Position numbers and translations under genes: made by a program. This document shows positions 1 to 9,971 of a stretch of 64,000 bases of DNA, piece by piece. Numbering within the stretch: position 1 is the stretch's first letter; each line of letters begins with the position of its first letter. The notes beneath the pieces are model-generated. The model saw nothing but the letters and a program-made list of their open reading frames with translations, ran no database searches and was not told the DNA's origin. This stretch comes from Alphaproteobacteria bacterium (lineage in GTDB: Bacteria; Pseudomonadota; Alphaproteobacteria; UBA7887), in the NCBI GenBank assembly GCA_965216755.1, contig CBDCGL010000011.1:896001-960000 (forward strand). Reading direction: 5' to 3'.

Positions 1-429
1 CGTCACCGCATCTAGATGAACGCGGATTCCGCTTGTCATCGGTTCGACCGACCTAACGGTCCCGACAATGTCGATGGCTCGTGTCTGCTTCGCAACGACG
101 GGTTCAACAACCCAATCAGTTCGGGCCGTCGCAATGGCGAACCCAACCGCGCCCAAGCAGCCAACCACGAAGATCAATCTCATGACATCGCGAGTCACGA
201 AAGCCAGAAAAGCGCACGCCACGGCCGACGTGATGCCGACCCAAAGCGGTGGTTCAAATGGCAACGTGAAATAGACGCCGATGCCCGTGCCGATTGCGAC
301 CGGCACCCACAGCAACAGCCGCCCGCTCTCGCGTTCTAGCAATCTAAGAATTGTTCGTACCGCAAAGGCCGTGTCGGGCCTGCGTGGCGAGAATGTTGAT
401 AGATCCGTGATGTCGGATCCCGACGCCAT
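1..429 (-). CDS. comEC: ComEC/Rec2 family competence protein, N-terminal part (runs off the window start)
   Basis: Not in the ORF track. Manual minus-strand reading from ATG 429 gives MASGSDITDL...LERESGRLLLWVPVAIGTGIGVYFTLPFEPPLW..., typical of alphaproteobacterial ComEC N-termini. comEC is commonly divergent from gltX. Confidence 0.75.
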   Translation of the reverse strand, partial: MASGSDITDLSTFSPRRPDTAFAVRTILRLLERESGRLLLWVPVAIGTGIGVYFTLPFEPPLWVGITSAVACAFLAFVTRDVMRLIFVVGCLGAVGFAIATARTDWVVEPVVAKQTRAIDIVGTVRSVEPMTSGIRVHLDAVT

Positions 430-487
430 TTCGTTCCAGATTCTCGTCCGACCTACGCTCTAAAGAGGATCATGTAGCATGGGACAG

Positions 488-1375
488 TCACGAAGCGCGA
501 GGACCGACATCTCTTCGGCTTGCCCGCGCTATTACCGCCTCGCGATAGGAGATATATGTCGTGCTAGCAAATATCACGGCGCCCCCGATCCATGTGTATA
601 CACTCGGCGTCTCGCCAAATGCCAGAAAACCAAGAATGCTGGCCCATATCAATTTCAGAAAGTCAAACGGCAGTACAACCGTAGTATCTGCTTCCTTCAA
701 AGCTTGTGTCATCGACAATTGCGCCATGGTACCTATGATTCCAATTGCCACAAGCCAGCCAAATTCAATAGGCGTCGGCCATCTCCAGACGAACACCGCC
801 GGGACCAAAGACAGTGGAATCATCATCAGCAGCATGTAGCTTGCTATGGTCACGCTGGATTCGGTGCGCGCCAATATCTTGATCACGATCAACGCGCACG
901 CCCATATCGCGGTGGATATCAGCATCAGCACCGATCCAAGCCCAATGGCCTCGATTCCCGGCCGTACGATAATAAGCGTGCCAATAAAACCAATCGCAAT
1001 TGCGCTCAACCGCCGCAATCGCACCACTTCACCCAGGATGAAAATCGCAAGGATTGTCGCGAATATCGGAGCTGTGAAGCCCAAAGCCGTGACTTTGGCA
1101 AGGGGCGTAATCGACAGGGCATAAAAAAACGTCAACATTGCCACGACATTGAAACCGGCACGCAATGCGTGGAGCGGGAATTTCTTCGTTCGCAACGGCG
1201 CCAGGCCATAGCGCACATACCACGGCGCAATGACGATCAGCCCGAAAAAATTGCGAAAGAAGGCAATCTCGAACGGGTGCATAGCGCTGGACATATGGCG
1301 GATCGCGGCATGCATGATCGCAAACCCAACCGTTGCCGCCGACATAAAAAGAATACCACGCACTGTCGCCGACAT
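488..1375 (-). CDS. DMT/EamA family transporter
   Basis: Start [10 protein letters not shown] at ATG 1375. About 10 hydrophobic helices in two EamA halves ([35 protein letters not shown]). Confidence 0.85.
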   Translation of the reverse strand: MSATVRGILFMSAATVGFAIMHAAIRHMSSAMHPFEIAFFRNFFGLIVIAPWYVRYGLAPLRTKKFPLHALRAGFNVVAMLTFFYALSITPLAKVTALGFTAPIFATILAIFILGEVVRLRRLSAIAIGFIGTLIIVRPGIEAIGLGSVLMLISTAIWACALIVIKILARTESSVTIASYMLLMMIPLSLVPAVFVWRWPTPIEFGWLVAIGIIGTMAQLSMTQALKEADTTVVLPFDFLKLIWASILGFLAFGETPSVYTWIGGAVIFASTTYISYREAVIARASRRDVGPRAS

Positions 1376-1484
1376 GCCCGATCGCCTCGATACGTCTTTA
1401 AAGGGATCCGCGCGTCGCACATGTCCGCGCAAATATGATAGGAGAGGTACCCAATCACACCATCTTACACCGGTTGGCAACCCC

Positions 1485-2891
1485 ATGACAGTTGTGACAC
1501 GATTTGCGCCCTCGCCGACAGGCTTCCTCCACATCGGGGGCGCACGAACCGCATTGTTCAACTGGCTGTTTGCCCGCCACCACGGCGGACAGTTTCGCTT
1601 GCGCATCGAAGATACCGATCTGAAGCGCTCGACTGCTGCGGCGAAAGCCGCGATTCTCGATGGCTTGCAGTGGTTGGAATTGGATTGGGACGGCGAAGTT
1701 ATTTACCAATCCGCGCGCCGCGCCGCCCATGTCGCCACTGTCCAGCGTCTGCTGGACTCGGGCCATGCATATCGCTGCTATTGCTCACCCGAGGAACTGG
1801 CAGACATGCGCGATCAGGCGCGCGCCGAGGGACGACCGGTGATGTATGACGGTCGCTGGCGTGATCGTTCGCCTGACGAGGCTCCCGCCGGCGTCGCACC
1901 GGCCATTCGCTTGAAAGCGCCGCGCGACGGCGAGTCTGTCATAGACGATTTGGTGCAAGGCACGGTTCGCATCGCTAACAGCCAACTCGACGATATGATT
2001 TTGCTGCGGGCCGACGGCACACCGACATACATGCTGGCCGTGGTCGTTGATGACCATGACATGGGCGTCACCCACACCATTCGTGGCGATGACCATCTCA
2101 ACAACGCGTTTCGCCAAACCCAAATTTTCGAAGCCCTGGATTGGAATCCGCCGGAATTCGCGCATATTCCTCTGATTCACGGGCCCGACGGCGCCAAACT
2201 TTCGAAACGCCACGGTGCGCTGGGTGTCGACGCCTATCGGGACATGGGCTATTTGCCCGCCGCGATGCGCAACTACCTTTTGCGACTCGGGTGGTCGCAT
2301 GGCGATGACGAGGTCATCAGCACCGAGCAGGCCATACAGTGGTTCGATTTGGGCGGCGTGGGAAAATCTGCGTCTCGGTTCGATTTCACCAAGCTTGAAA
2401 GCCTGAACGCCACCTATATTCGCGACAGCGCAGACGATGCGCTCTTAGGACTCTTGATGCCTCTGGTCGAAAAAAGGGTCGGGCATCAAATTGACGCTTC
2501 CGCAAGCGCTCGCCTCGTGGCTGGATTGGGCGGCTTGAAGCCACGCGCCAAGACATTGCTGGAACTGGCCGACAACGCGGAATTTTATGTCGCCGATCGG
2601 CCCATTGTGATCGCTGACAAGGCGGCGATATTGCTCGATCAAGATGGCCGCGCAAATCTCGACGCATTGTCATCCGAACTTGCCGCCCTGCCAGACTGGC
2701 TACCGGAATCGATCGAATCGGCAGTGCGTGCGTTTGCTGAATCGCAAGGTTTGAAGCTTGGTAAAATCGCCCAACCCCTTCGTGCGGCACTGACCGGGTC
2801 GACCACATCACCGGGTATGTGGGAGGTGATGTTTGCATTGGGGCGCAACGAGGTTCTGGGGCGCCTTGGCGATGTTTCGGCGCCAGCCTGA
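1485..2891 (+). CDS. gltX: Glutamate--tRNA ligase
   Basis: [19 protein letters not shown] (HIGH), RIEDTD, RGDDH, KLSKRHG (KMSKS). Confidence 0.97.
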   Translation: MTVVTRFAPSPTGFLHIGGARTALFNWLFARHHGGQFRLRIEDTDLKRSTAAAKAAILDGLQWLELDWDGEVIYQSARRAAHVATVQRLLDSGHAYRCYCSPEELADMRDQARAEGRPVMYDGRWRDRSPDEAPAGVAPAIRLKAPRDGESVIDDLVQGTVRIANSQLDDMILLRADGTPTYMLAVVVDDHDMGVTHTIRGDDHLNNAFRQTQIFEALDWNPPEFAHIPLIHGPDGAKLSKRHGALGVDAYRDMGYLPAAMRNYLLRLGWSHGDDEVISTEQAIQWFDLGGVGKSASRFDFTKLESLNATYIRDSADDALLGLLMPLVEKRVGHQIDASASARLVAGLGGLKPRAKTLLELADNAEFYVADRPIVIADKAAILLDQDGRANLDALSSELAALPDWLPESIESAVRAFAESQGLKLGKIAQPLRAALTGSTTSPGMWEVMFALGRNEVLGRLGDVSAPA

Positions 2892-2912
2892 GGTTGTTGC
2901 CGTCGCGAGCGC

Positions 2913-4004
2913 TTAACGACGCACAACGCGCCGGTACCACATATACGTGCCGGAGCCGAAAAGAATGGCGACGGCTATTCCGCTAAGACAAGCCAGCAAC
3001 CGGCCGAACCAGCCGAGCACCGCTCCATTGTGGATTGGCCCGTTCCAACCACTGAAATAACGATCGACCGGATGTTCCTCTGGCGCGTCTGAGATACGCA
3101 ATACCTCACCTGAATACTGATCGACTGCCACCCATTTCGCCGGTCTCAATATCGCGCCATCCGACGGCAAGAATGCTACGCGGTAGGAGCCGCGCTCGCC
3201 CCTTGGCATCCACACGGCTTTTGTCCAATAGTTGGGAACCACGGCTTGTGCAGTGCGCATGGCCTGTGCAATGGAGATTGGCGCTTTTCCAGCCGCTGGC
3301 CGGGACTCAATTGGTGGCGGCCGCGCGTAATCCGCATCAAACAGGTTGATGGCCGCCCGTGTCATGCCGGGCAGCACCGACACGACGCCCGACAATGTGA
3401 GAAAAATCACAAAAATAAGGAAATAGATCCCCGCCACATTGTGAAGATCACGCAAGAACCTGCTCAGACCATGGCGCCATGTCACGGTCAATGATCGCTT
3501 GATCGCAACCGGCGCCGGCCACCAAAGGATTAGTCCAACCAAAATCATTGCCAGCATCACGAGAGAAACGACGCCGATGAACTTTGATCCCGGACGACCG
3601 AGCAGTAACGAAGTATGGATTCTGCGGAACGGTGTCACGAGGGTCCAACTGCCGCGCTCACCCAGTATCTCGGTCGTATAAGGGTCAACAGAGATCAGCC
3701 GGTCCCGCGCACCTTCCTTCCGCATGCGCAATCGAAACGCCTTGTCGGGATGACCGTCGTTGGGGAACACTGCGAACGGCCGCCGATCGGGCATGGCCGC
3801 AAGGGCAGACTCAACAACGGCCTCAATCGGGGCCAGTTCCGAACCGGGCGCGACAGTGTAAGCCGTCGGATCAAGTGCCGCTTCAATTTCGTGCTGATAG
3901 ATGGCCAACGATCCGGTCAGGCTGACGATCGTAAAGATCGCTCCCAATGTGAGCCCAACATAGCCATGGAGCGCGCGCAAGAATGGTCGGGACTTTCTCA
4001 CCAT
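2913..4004 (-). CDS. PepSY-associated TM helix domain protein (putative heme-binding, iron-related membrane protein)
   Basis: LHGYVGL...SLTGS, VDPYT, RIHTSLL, GLILWWP, RDLHNVAG, VDQYSG and PIHNG motifs, with four conserved His. Confidence 0.85.
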   Translation of the reverse strand: MVRKSRPFLRALHGYVGLTLGAIFTIVSLTGSLAIYQHEIEAALDPTAYTVAPGSELAPIEAVVESALAAMPDRRPFAVFPNDGHPDKAFRLRMRKEGARDRLISVDPYTTEILGERGSWTLVTPFRRIHTSLLLGRPGSKFIGVVSLVMLAMILVGLILWWPAPVAIKRSLTVTWRHGLSRFLRDLHNVAGIYFLIFVIFLTLSGVVSVLPGMTRAAINLFDADYARPPPIESRPAAGKAPISIAQAMRTAQAVVPNYWTKAVWMPRGERGSYRVAFLPSDGAILRPAKWVAVDQYSGEVLRISDAPEEHPVDRYFSGWNGPIHNGAVLGWFGRLLACLSGIAVAILFGSGTYMWYRRVVRR

Positions 4005-4069
4005 GGGTCAATGCATTCCTGGTTTCGAGGCGCGGCATTATGTCCGAAAATGAGTTACGCGACAGATTT

Positions 4070-4084
4070 CGAGAATTAAATGCA
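4070..4084. promoter_or_regulatory. Possible Fur-type 7-1-7 box
   Basis: CGAGAAT-T-AAATGCA, upstream of the PepSY-TM gene. Imperfect match to TGAGAAT-N-ATTTGCA-type boxes. Confidence 0.3.
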
Positions 4085-4159
4085 AAGGTGCGTCCGAGGT
4101 GGACTGAATAGCGGCGCACGCGACGGAAAACTGAACGCGAGACGAAAGACTGAGCCCGA

Positions 4160-5542
4160 ATGACAAAAGAAACAGAGCCGACTTTAGAATTGCTTCAGGA
4201 CGCCGCGCGCAGGGCCGCAGGCTATCTAGACCAACTGGACAATCGCCCCGTCGCCGCTTCGACTGCATCGATCGATTCCTTGGAACGCACGCTTTCCGGC
4301 CCCCTGCCGGACGGACCGTCGGACGCGGCTGAAATACTTGCGCAGTTGGATGCGTTTGGTTCGCCGGCAACTGTCGCCAGCGCCGGCGGGCGATATTTCG
4401 GTTTCGTGACCGGTGGCGCACTTCCGGCGACGGTTGCGGCGACTTTTCTGACGAGTGCATGGGATCAGAACTGTCACACATTTGCGGGCTCACCCGCCGG
4501 CGCGCTGTACGAAACAACCGCGCTGCGATGGCTCAAGGATGTGCTTGGCCTGCCACCGACAGCAGAGGGGGCGATCGTCACAGGCGCAACCATGGCGAAT
4601 TTCACATGTCTTGCGGCGGCCCGAAGCGAGGTTCTTCGGCAAGACGGCTGGGATGTCGAGAGCCAGGGTCTCTTCGGCGCACCGGAGATTACGGTCGTGG
4701 TCGGCGATGAAGCGCACGCCACGATCTTCAAGGTCCTGGCGATGCTTGGCCTGGGGCGCGACCGCGTTGTTCGTGTGGCTGTCGATAACCAAGGGCGCAT
4801 TCGGCCGGATGCGATGCCGCCACTTCGGCGGTCTACGATCCTGTGCCTTCAGGCCGGCAACGTGAACTCTGGCGCATTCGATCCCGCCGATCAGCTTATC
4901 TCCATGGCGCGGTCGGCGGGTGCGTGGGTCCATGTCGACGGCGCCTTTGGCCTGTGGGCTTTGGCATCGCCGGAACACGCAAAACTCGCATATGGTTTTG
5001 AAAAAGCCGATTCGTGGGCGACCGACGCGCACAAATGGCTCAATGTGCCCTACGACTGTGGCGTGGCGATGGTCGGTGATCCCATACCACTGTCCCGGGC
5101 CATGTCATTGGATGCCGCGTATTTGGTCTCAAGCTCCAAACGCGATGCCATAAATTTCACGCCGGACAGCTCGCGTCGAGCCAGAGCCATCGAGATTTGG
5201 GCAGCGCTGCGCGCTTTGGGGAAATCCGGCATCGCTGACCTGGTGCGCCGAAACTGCAGTCAGGCGACGCAGTTCGCGCAAGCCTTGCGCGACGACGGTG
5301 TCGAAATCCTCAATGACGTCATTCTTAATCAAGTTGTTGCCGCATTTGGTGACGATACCCGGACCCGCCGCGTGATCGAGGCCGTCCAGGCCAGCGGCGT
5401 CTGTTGGTGCGCTGGCACAACCTGGCGCGGCCGCGCGGCGATGCGAATTAGTGTCAGTTCCTGGGCGACAACCGAACGAGATATCGTACTGTCACTCAAG
5501 GCGATCCGCAAAGCTCACCAAACGATCAAGAGTTCTGCTTAG
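4160..5542 (+). CDS. Group II PLP-dependent decarboxylase (aromatic L-amino-acid/glutamate decarboxylase family)
   Basis: RYFGFVTGG, GATMAN, WVHVDGAFG, DSWATDAHKWLNVPYDCG (PLP lysine). Confidence 0.9.
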   Translation: MTKETEPTLELLQDAARRAAGYLDQLDNRPVAASTASIDSLERTLSGPLPDGPSDAAEILAQLDAFGSPATVASAGGRYFGFVTGGALPATVAATFLTSAWDQNCHTFAGSPAGALYETTALRWLKDVLGLPPTAEGAIVTGATMANFTCLAAARSEVLRQDGWDVESQGLFGAPEITVVVGDEAHATIFKVLAMLGLGRDRVVRVAVDNQGRIRPDAMPPLRRSTILCLQAGNVNSGAFDPADQLISMARSAGAWVHVDGAFGLWALASPEHAKLAYGFEKADSWATDAHKWLNVPYDCGVAMVGDPIPLSRAMSLDAAYLVSSSKRDAINFTPDSSRRARAIEIWAALRALGKSGIADLVRRNCSQATQFAQALRDDGVEILNDVILNQVVAAFGDDTRTRRVIEAVQASGVCWCAGTTWRGRAAMRISVSSWATTERDIVLSLKAIRKAHQTIKSSA

Positions 5543-5730
5543 CGTGCCAATTTTCCCACCGCGCGCCGCACGGCACGGCCGGCAGCACGCGCCCGGTCGT
5601 CGGATTTCGCCACCCGCTTGGCTTCGTCAAACACGACGCGCGCGGTGTCCGCAGCTCTTTGTCGAGCCCGCGGATCGGATGCGAATTTCTGGGCTCCGTA
5701 GCGCACCAAATGACGCAATAAGAACGACAT
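5539..5730 (-). CDS. Small basic hypothetical protein (63 aa)
   Basis: MSFLLRHLVRYGAQKFASDPRARQRAAD... Ala/Arg-rich and helical-looking. It fills the intergenic gap and its stop overlaps the decarboxylase stop. Confidence 0.55.
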   Translation of the reverse strand: MSFLLRHLVRYGAQKFASDPRARQRAADTARVVFDEAKRVAKSDDRARAAGRAVRRAVGKLAR

Positions 5731-5853
5731 AACCAGATCATATTGTATGAAACGGGCGCCTGTCACGGATATCGCGCCCCGCGCATTATCCATAATGTCA
5801 AAATGGTTATCTTGCGTGGAGTCTGTTATGCCCAAAAACCGAAACGCAGAATA

Positions 5854-5866
5854 TAAATCATTGATA
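5854..5866 (-). promoter_or_regulatory. IHF consensus site in the AT-rich region upstream of gltA
   Basis: Minus strand TATCAA-TGAT-TTA matches WATCAANNNNTTR exactly and is flanked by A/T tracts. Confidence 0.45.
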
Positions 5867-6030
5867 ACAAATATAAAAACGAATTAGTCAAATGCTTGGA
5901 TCTAAGCCGTTAGATTTGCGTATCGCGCTGCAAGAAACTATCCTAGGCGCGCCGCCGCGCCAGCCATCCCATATCCATGGGTAGCGCTCCCCGCCGGTCG
6001 GCCGGCATCACGCGAAGGAATGAATGAGCC

Positions 6031-7362
6031 ATGAGCAATGCCATGACGTCTTCTGGAACTCGGGAAACCGGCCGTATTGTCACGATGTCGGACAGCGCGA
6101 CCGGCAAGAGCGTTGAGTTGCCGGTTCTGGCTGGCACGATTGGGCCAGATGTTATCGATATTCGTCGGCTTTATGCCGAAACCGGGATGTTCACATACGA
6201 CCCTGGTTACACCTCGACGGGAAGTGCGGAATCCAGCATCACGTTCATCGATGGCGACAAAGGCATCTTGCTTCATCGCGGTTATTCGATCGAAGACCTA
6301 ACCGAACATAGCGATTTCCTCGACGTCGCTTATCTGTTGCTTTACGGCGAATTGCCCGATAATGCGGCGAAAAGCACGTTCGTGGACACTGTGACGTATC
6401 ACACAATGGTTCACGAACAGATCACCTATTTATTTCGCGGGTTTCGGCGCGACGCCCACCCAATGGCGGTGTTGATTGGTGTCGTCGGTGCTCTATCGGC
6501 GTTCTATCACGACAATACGGATCTCAGCGATCCGCACCAGCGTGACATCGTTTCCCACCGCCTCATTGCCAAAATGCCAACGATTGCGGCAATGGCCTAC
6601 AAGTATTCCATTGGCCAGCCATTTATTTATCCACGAAATGATCTGACCTACGCCGAGAACTTCTTGCACATGATGTTCGCGGTCCCGGCGGAAAACTACA
6701 GGGTCAATCCGATCTTCGCCAAAGCGATCGACAAACTATTTATTCTGCACGCGGACCACGAGCAAAACGCGTCGACCTCGACAGTTCGGCTCGCCGGATC
6801 TTCCGGGGCCAATCCGTTCGCGTGTATCGCGGCGGGGGTTGCCTCCCTTTGGGGGCCGGCGCATGGGGGCGCCAATGAAGCAGTTCTTCAAATGCTTGGC
6901 GAGATTCAGTCGGTCGATCGCATTCCGGAGTACTTGGCGCGTGCGAAGGATAAGGACGACCCATTTCGGTTGATGGGTTTCGGCCACCGCGTCTACAAGA
7001 ATTACGATCCACGTGCCAAGGTGATCCGCCAAACCGCGCATGACGTTATGGGCGAGTTAGGGATCGATAACGAACCGCTCCTTAAATTGGCAATGGAGTT
7101 AGAGCGAATTGCCCTAGAGGACGAGTATTTCGTGGACCGCAAATTGTTCCCCAATGTTGATTTCTATTCCGGGATCATTTTGCGCGCGCTTGGCATCCCG
7201 ACCTCGCTCTTCACCGTGCTCTTTGCTGTTGCGCGGACAGTCGGATGGGTCGCCCAGTGGAATGAAATGATCGTCGACCCATCGCAAAAAATCGGTCGGC
7301 CACGGCAGCTTTATACTGGCTCGAACACCCGCCCGTATGTGAAGTTGGAAGATCGAGGATAG
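6031..7362 (+). CDS. gltA: Citrate synthase (type II, hexameric)
   Basis: [65 protein letters not shown]. Confidence 0.98.
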   Translation: MSNAMTSSGTRETGRIVTMSDSATGKSVELPVLAGTIGPDVIDIRRLYAETGMFTYDPGYTSTGSAESSITFIDGDKGILLHRGYSIEDLTEHSDFLDVAYLLLYGELPDNAAKSTFVDTVTYHTMVHEQITYLFRGFRRDAHPMAVLIGVVGALSAFYHDNTDLSDPHQRDIVSHRLIAKMPTIAAMAYKYSIGQPFIYPRNDLTYAENFLHMMFAVPAENYRVNPIFAKAIDKLFILHADHEQNASTSTVRLAGSSGANPFACIAAGVASLWGPAHGGANEAVLQMLGEIQSVDRIPEYLARAKDKDDPFRLMGFGHRVYKNYDPRAKVIRQTAHDVMGELGIDNEPLLKLAMELERIALEDEYFVDRKLFPNVDFYSGIILRALGIPTSLFTVLFAVARTVGWVAQWNEMIVDPSQKIGRPRQLYTGSNTRPYVKLEDRG

Positions 7363-7390
7363 AGCGACCAAACCAACGTTGCTTGGTTCG

Positions 7391-7795
7391 CTATTTTCTT
7401 TCAATCAGCTCGATCTTGTAACCGTCCGGATCTTCGATGAAGGCAATCACCGTGGTGCCGTGCTTCATCGGTCCAGGTTCACGGACAATTTTGCCGCCGG
7501 CCGCGCGCAGCTGTTCACAGGTCGCAAAGATGTCCGGCACACCCAGCGCGACGTGACCGTAACCACTGCCGAGATCATAGGGTGCCTCTTGATCCCAATT
7601 GTGGGTCAATTCCAGCACTGTCTCGCTTTCCTCTGGGCCATATCCGACGAACGCCAGCGTGAACTTGCCATCGGGAAAATCACGTCTCCGCAACAGGTCC
7701 ATACCGAGCAGTTCGGTATAGAACGCAAGCGATGCATCCAGATCCTTCACCCGGATCATTGTGTGCAGCATGCGGAACTTGCCATTCTCGGGCAT
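7391..7795 (-). CDS. gloA: Lactoylglutathione lyase (glyoxalase I)
   Basis: [45 protein letters not shown] before ATG 7795. Confidence 0.95.
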   Translation of the reverse strand: MPENGKFRMLHTMIRVKDLDASLAFYTELLGMDLLRRRDFPDGKFTLAFVGYGPEESETVLELTHNWDQEAPYDLGSGYGHVALGVPDIFATCEQLRAAGGKIVREPGPMKHGTTVIAFIEDPDGYKIELIERK

Positions 7796-7809
7796 TAATA
7801 GCTTTCCTT

Positions 7810-8673
7810 TCATTGTGGCGCGGGTCGTAACGGCCTTTGTACTCCGGCCAGAATTTCCGCCGGCCTTACGCCGATTACAAACAAATCGCGCGAGTCGGCC
7901 AGTGCAATCGCGTCGTCTCGATCGACGAATAACGTGGCGTCCGCCTCTACGGCAATCCCTCTTAGGCCGGCGTCAACGGCACATTGTACGGTACCTAGAC
8001 CGATGGTCGGCAAATCAGCGCGCCGATCCTGGCCAGGCTTCTTGACCTTTACCAATACGCCACCCGGCCCGTCACGTTTCAGCGCACCGCATCGATTGAC
8101 CAAAGCGTCGGTTCCCTCAACGGCTTCCACACCCAATACGATGCCATGCTGGATCACCGCGGCTTGGCCAATATCGACCGCACCAATGGCACTCGCCACC
8201 TCGACACCTCGGGCAATATCTCGGGCGTCCTCGCGCCTCGGCTGCACGCGCCCCATCGGGCCATCACCAACCAACAAAGCCGACGCGACATCCTGGGCAC
8301 CGACAACTGTGAATCCTTCTTGTTCCAATTCCTCGATCACGATCTTCAAGAGCGAGGCATCACTTTCCTCTGACGCGATCAACTTGGGTACGATCTTTAG
8401 TGCCCGCATGTCGGGTCTCAGCGAACCCAATGACGGACGGCCCACCGGCCCGGCCAGGACGACCTCTTCAACTTGGGCTTTCTTTAGTGCCTGTAGCAGC
8501 CTGCCCACCGCACCCAAGCGCACCCAACGATGATCCGTATCAAGAACGAGGTCGGGATCCGTGATACCGTCGAATGCGACGATGAACACGGCTCTGTGTT
8601 CATCGCGACAACAAGTCAGCAACTGCCTAGGCAACTGGCCGCCGCCCGCAACGATCCCCAGCTTAGGCCGCAC
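7810..8673 (-). CDS. lpxI: UDP-2,3-diacylglucosamine diphosphatase LpxI
   Basis: GTG start near 8673. [41 protein letters not shown]. Follows lpxA. Confidence 0.92.
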   Translation of the reverse strand: MRPKLGIVAGGGQLPRQLLTCCRDEHRAVFIVAFDGITDPDLVLDTDHRWVRLGAVGRLLQALKKAQVEEVVLAGPVGRPSLGSLRPDMRALKIVPKLIASEESDASLLKIVIEELEQEGFTVVGAQDVASALLVGDGPMGRVQPRREDARDIARGVEVASAIGAVDIGQAAVIQHGIVLGVEAVEGTDALVNRCGALKRDGPGGVLVKVKKPGQDRRADLPTIGLGTVQCAVDAGLRGIAVEADATLFVDRDDAIALADSRDLFVIGVRPAEILAGVQRPLRPAPQ

Positions 8674-9481
8674 GGTCCAGCTTTGGCTGGCAAATCGCCC
8701 GCGAGCTTTGCTCGCGAATAAATCGAACGATTTCCATGACCGGCTCGACGGTCCCGAGTTCCTCGGCAACGTCTTGCAAACGTTCTGCCATGGTTCCTTC
8801 CTCAGCGAACATCAGACGATAGGCCTTGCGCATATCGTGGATGGTCTCGCGCGAAAACCCACGGCGCTTTAGGCCGACGACGTTCAGACCGGACAGAAAA
8901 GCGCGGTTGCCCATCACCGAACCATACGGAATTACGTCGTTCTCAACGCCAGACATGCCACCGATCATGGCGTGCCGACCGATGCGAACAAATTGGTGGA
9001 CCGCACTGAGCCCGCCCAAAATCGCATACTCCCCAACTTCGACATGGCCACCCAGGGTCGCGTTGTTCGCCATAACCACATGATCGCCGATGTGGCAATC
9101 GTGCGCGACATGAATGCCGACCATAAAGAGGCCGTGATCGCCCACTTTCGTGGTCATGCCGCCGCCGCGCGTGCCTGGATGCATCGTGGCATGCTCGCGG
9201 ATGATGTTGTCGGACCCTATCTCTAGGCGCGACGGCTCGTCGGCATACTTCATGTCCTGAGGTCGATGGCCGATGACAGCATAGGGAAATATCCGCGTAC
9301 GCGGCCCGATCTTCGTACGGCCCGCGATAACAACATGGGATTCCAAGACGATGCCGGCCGCAAGATGCACGTCATTTCCCACGACGCAATAAGGACCAAT
9401 GAATACATCACGGTCGATCGTCGCTCCCGCTTCGACGAGCGCCGTCGGATGAATCTCGACACTTGGATGGATTTGGCTCAT
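8663..9481 (-). CDS. lpxA: Acyl-ACP--UDP-N-acetylglucosamine O-acyltransferase
   Basis: IHPTALVE, hexapeptide repeats, PQDMKY, HVAHDC, VHQFVRIG, GLNVVGLKRRGF. Confidence 0.97.
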   Translation of the reverse strand: MSQIHPSVEIHPTALVEAGATIDRDVFIGPYCVVGNDVHLAAGIVLESHVVIAGRTKIGPRTRIFPYAVIGHRPQDMKYADEPSRLEIGSDNIIREHATMHPGTRGGGMTTKVGDHGLFMVGIHVAHDCHIGDHVVMANNATLGGHVEVGEYAILGGLSAVHQFVRIGRHAMIGGMSGVENDVIPYGSVMGNRAFLSGLNVVGLKRRGFSRETIHDMRKAYRLMFAEEGTMAERLQDVAEELGTVEPVMEIVRFIREQSSRAICQPKLDRAA

Positions 9482-9503
9482 GTATGGATGTTCCGGACGA
9501 TGC

Positions 9504-9971
9504 TCAACGATCCAAAATCATGGCTGCGATTTTCGCCTCCGCGCATAAGGTGTCTTCCACCAAAACGCGGCAATCGAACTTCCACACATTGGCGCGATTG
9601 CGGGATTTTGAAACGTGTACGCGCATCGAGTCGCCCGGCACGACCGGCTTGCGAAATCGGGCGCCGTCGACAGACATGAAATAGACCAGCTTTCCCTCTG
9701 CCGCTTTGCCCAAAGTGTGCACCACCAGCAACGCAGAGGTCTGCGCCATCGACTCGATGATCAAGACACCCGGCATGACCGGCTCGCGCGGGAAATGCCC
9801 TTGGAAAAATGGTTCGTTGATTGTGACATTCTTTAGCCCGACAGCACCCTCGCCCGGCACCATATCAAGGACTCGATCAACCAACAAAAACGGGTAGCGG
9901 TGTGGGATCATTTCCATGATCCGTCCAATGTCCGTCGGACCTAATGCGGCCGTTGACGCGTCGCTATCCAT
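9504..9971 (-). CDS. fabZ: 3-hydroxyacyl-ACP dehydratase FabZ
   Basis: IPHRYPFLLVDRV, NEPFFQGHFP, PGVLIIESMAQ, FRKPVVPGD. Confidence 0.97.
   Translation of the reverse strand: MDSDASTAALGPTDIGRIMEMIPHRYPFLLVDRVLDMVPGEGAVGLKNVTINEPFFQGHFPREPVMPGVLIIESMAQTSALLVVHTLGKAAEGKLVYFMSVDGARFRKPVVPGDSMRVHVSKSRNRANVWKFDCRVLVEDTLCAEAKIAAMILDR

Noticed and set aside
479-1438. Long plus-strand ORF (319 aa), and similar long antisense ORFs such as 58585-59526, 51987-52724 and 20013-20753
   Set aside because: These are shadow frames opposite well-supported genes in GC-rich DNA, with no recognisable motifs.
1230-1484. N-terminal extensions in the ORF track (gltX, lpxI, nuoM, nuoE, birA, coaX, CDF, DUF3237)
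   Set aside because: The upstream starts overlap neighbouring genes; family motifs and stop/start overlaps indicate downstream starts.
5778-5803. dif-like sequence CCCGCGCATTA-TCCA-TAATGTCAAAA
   Set aside because: The arms resemble XerC/XerD sites but the spacer is 4 bp instead of 6 and the XerD arm is degenerate.
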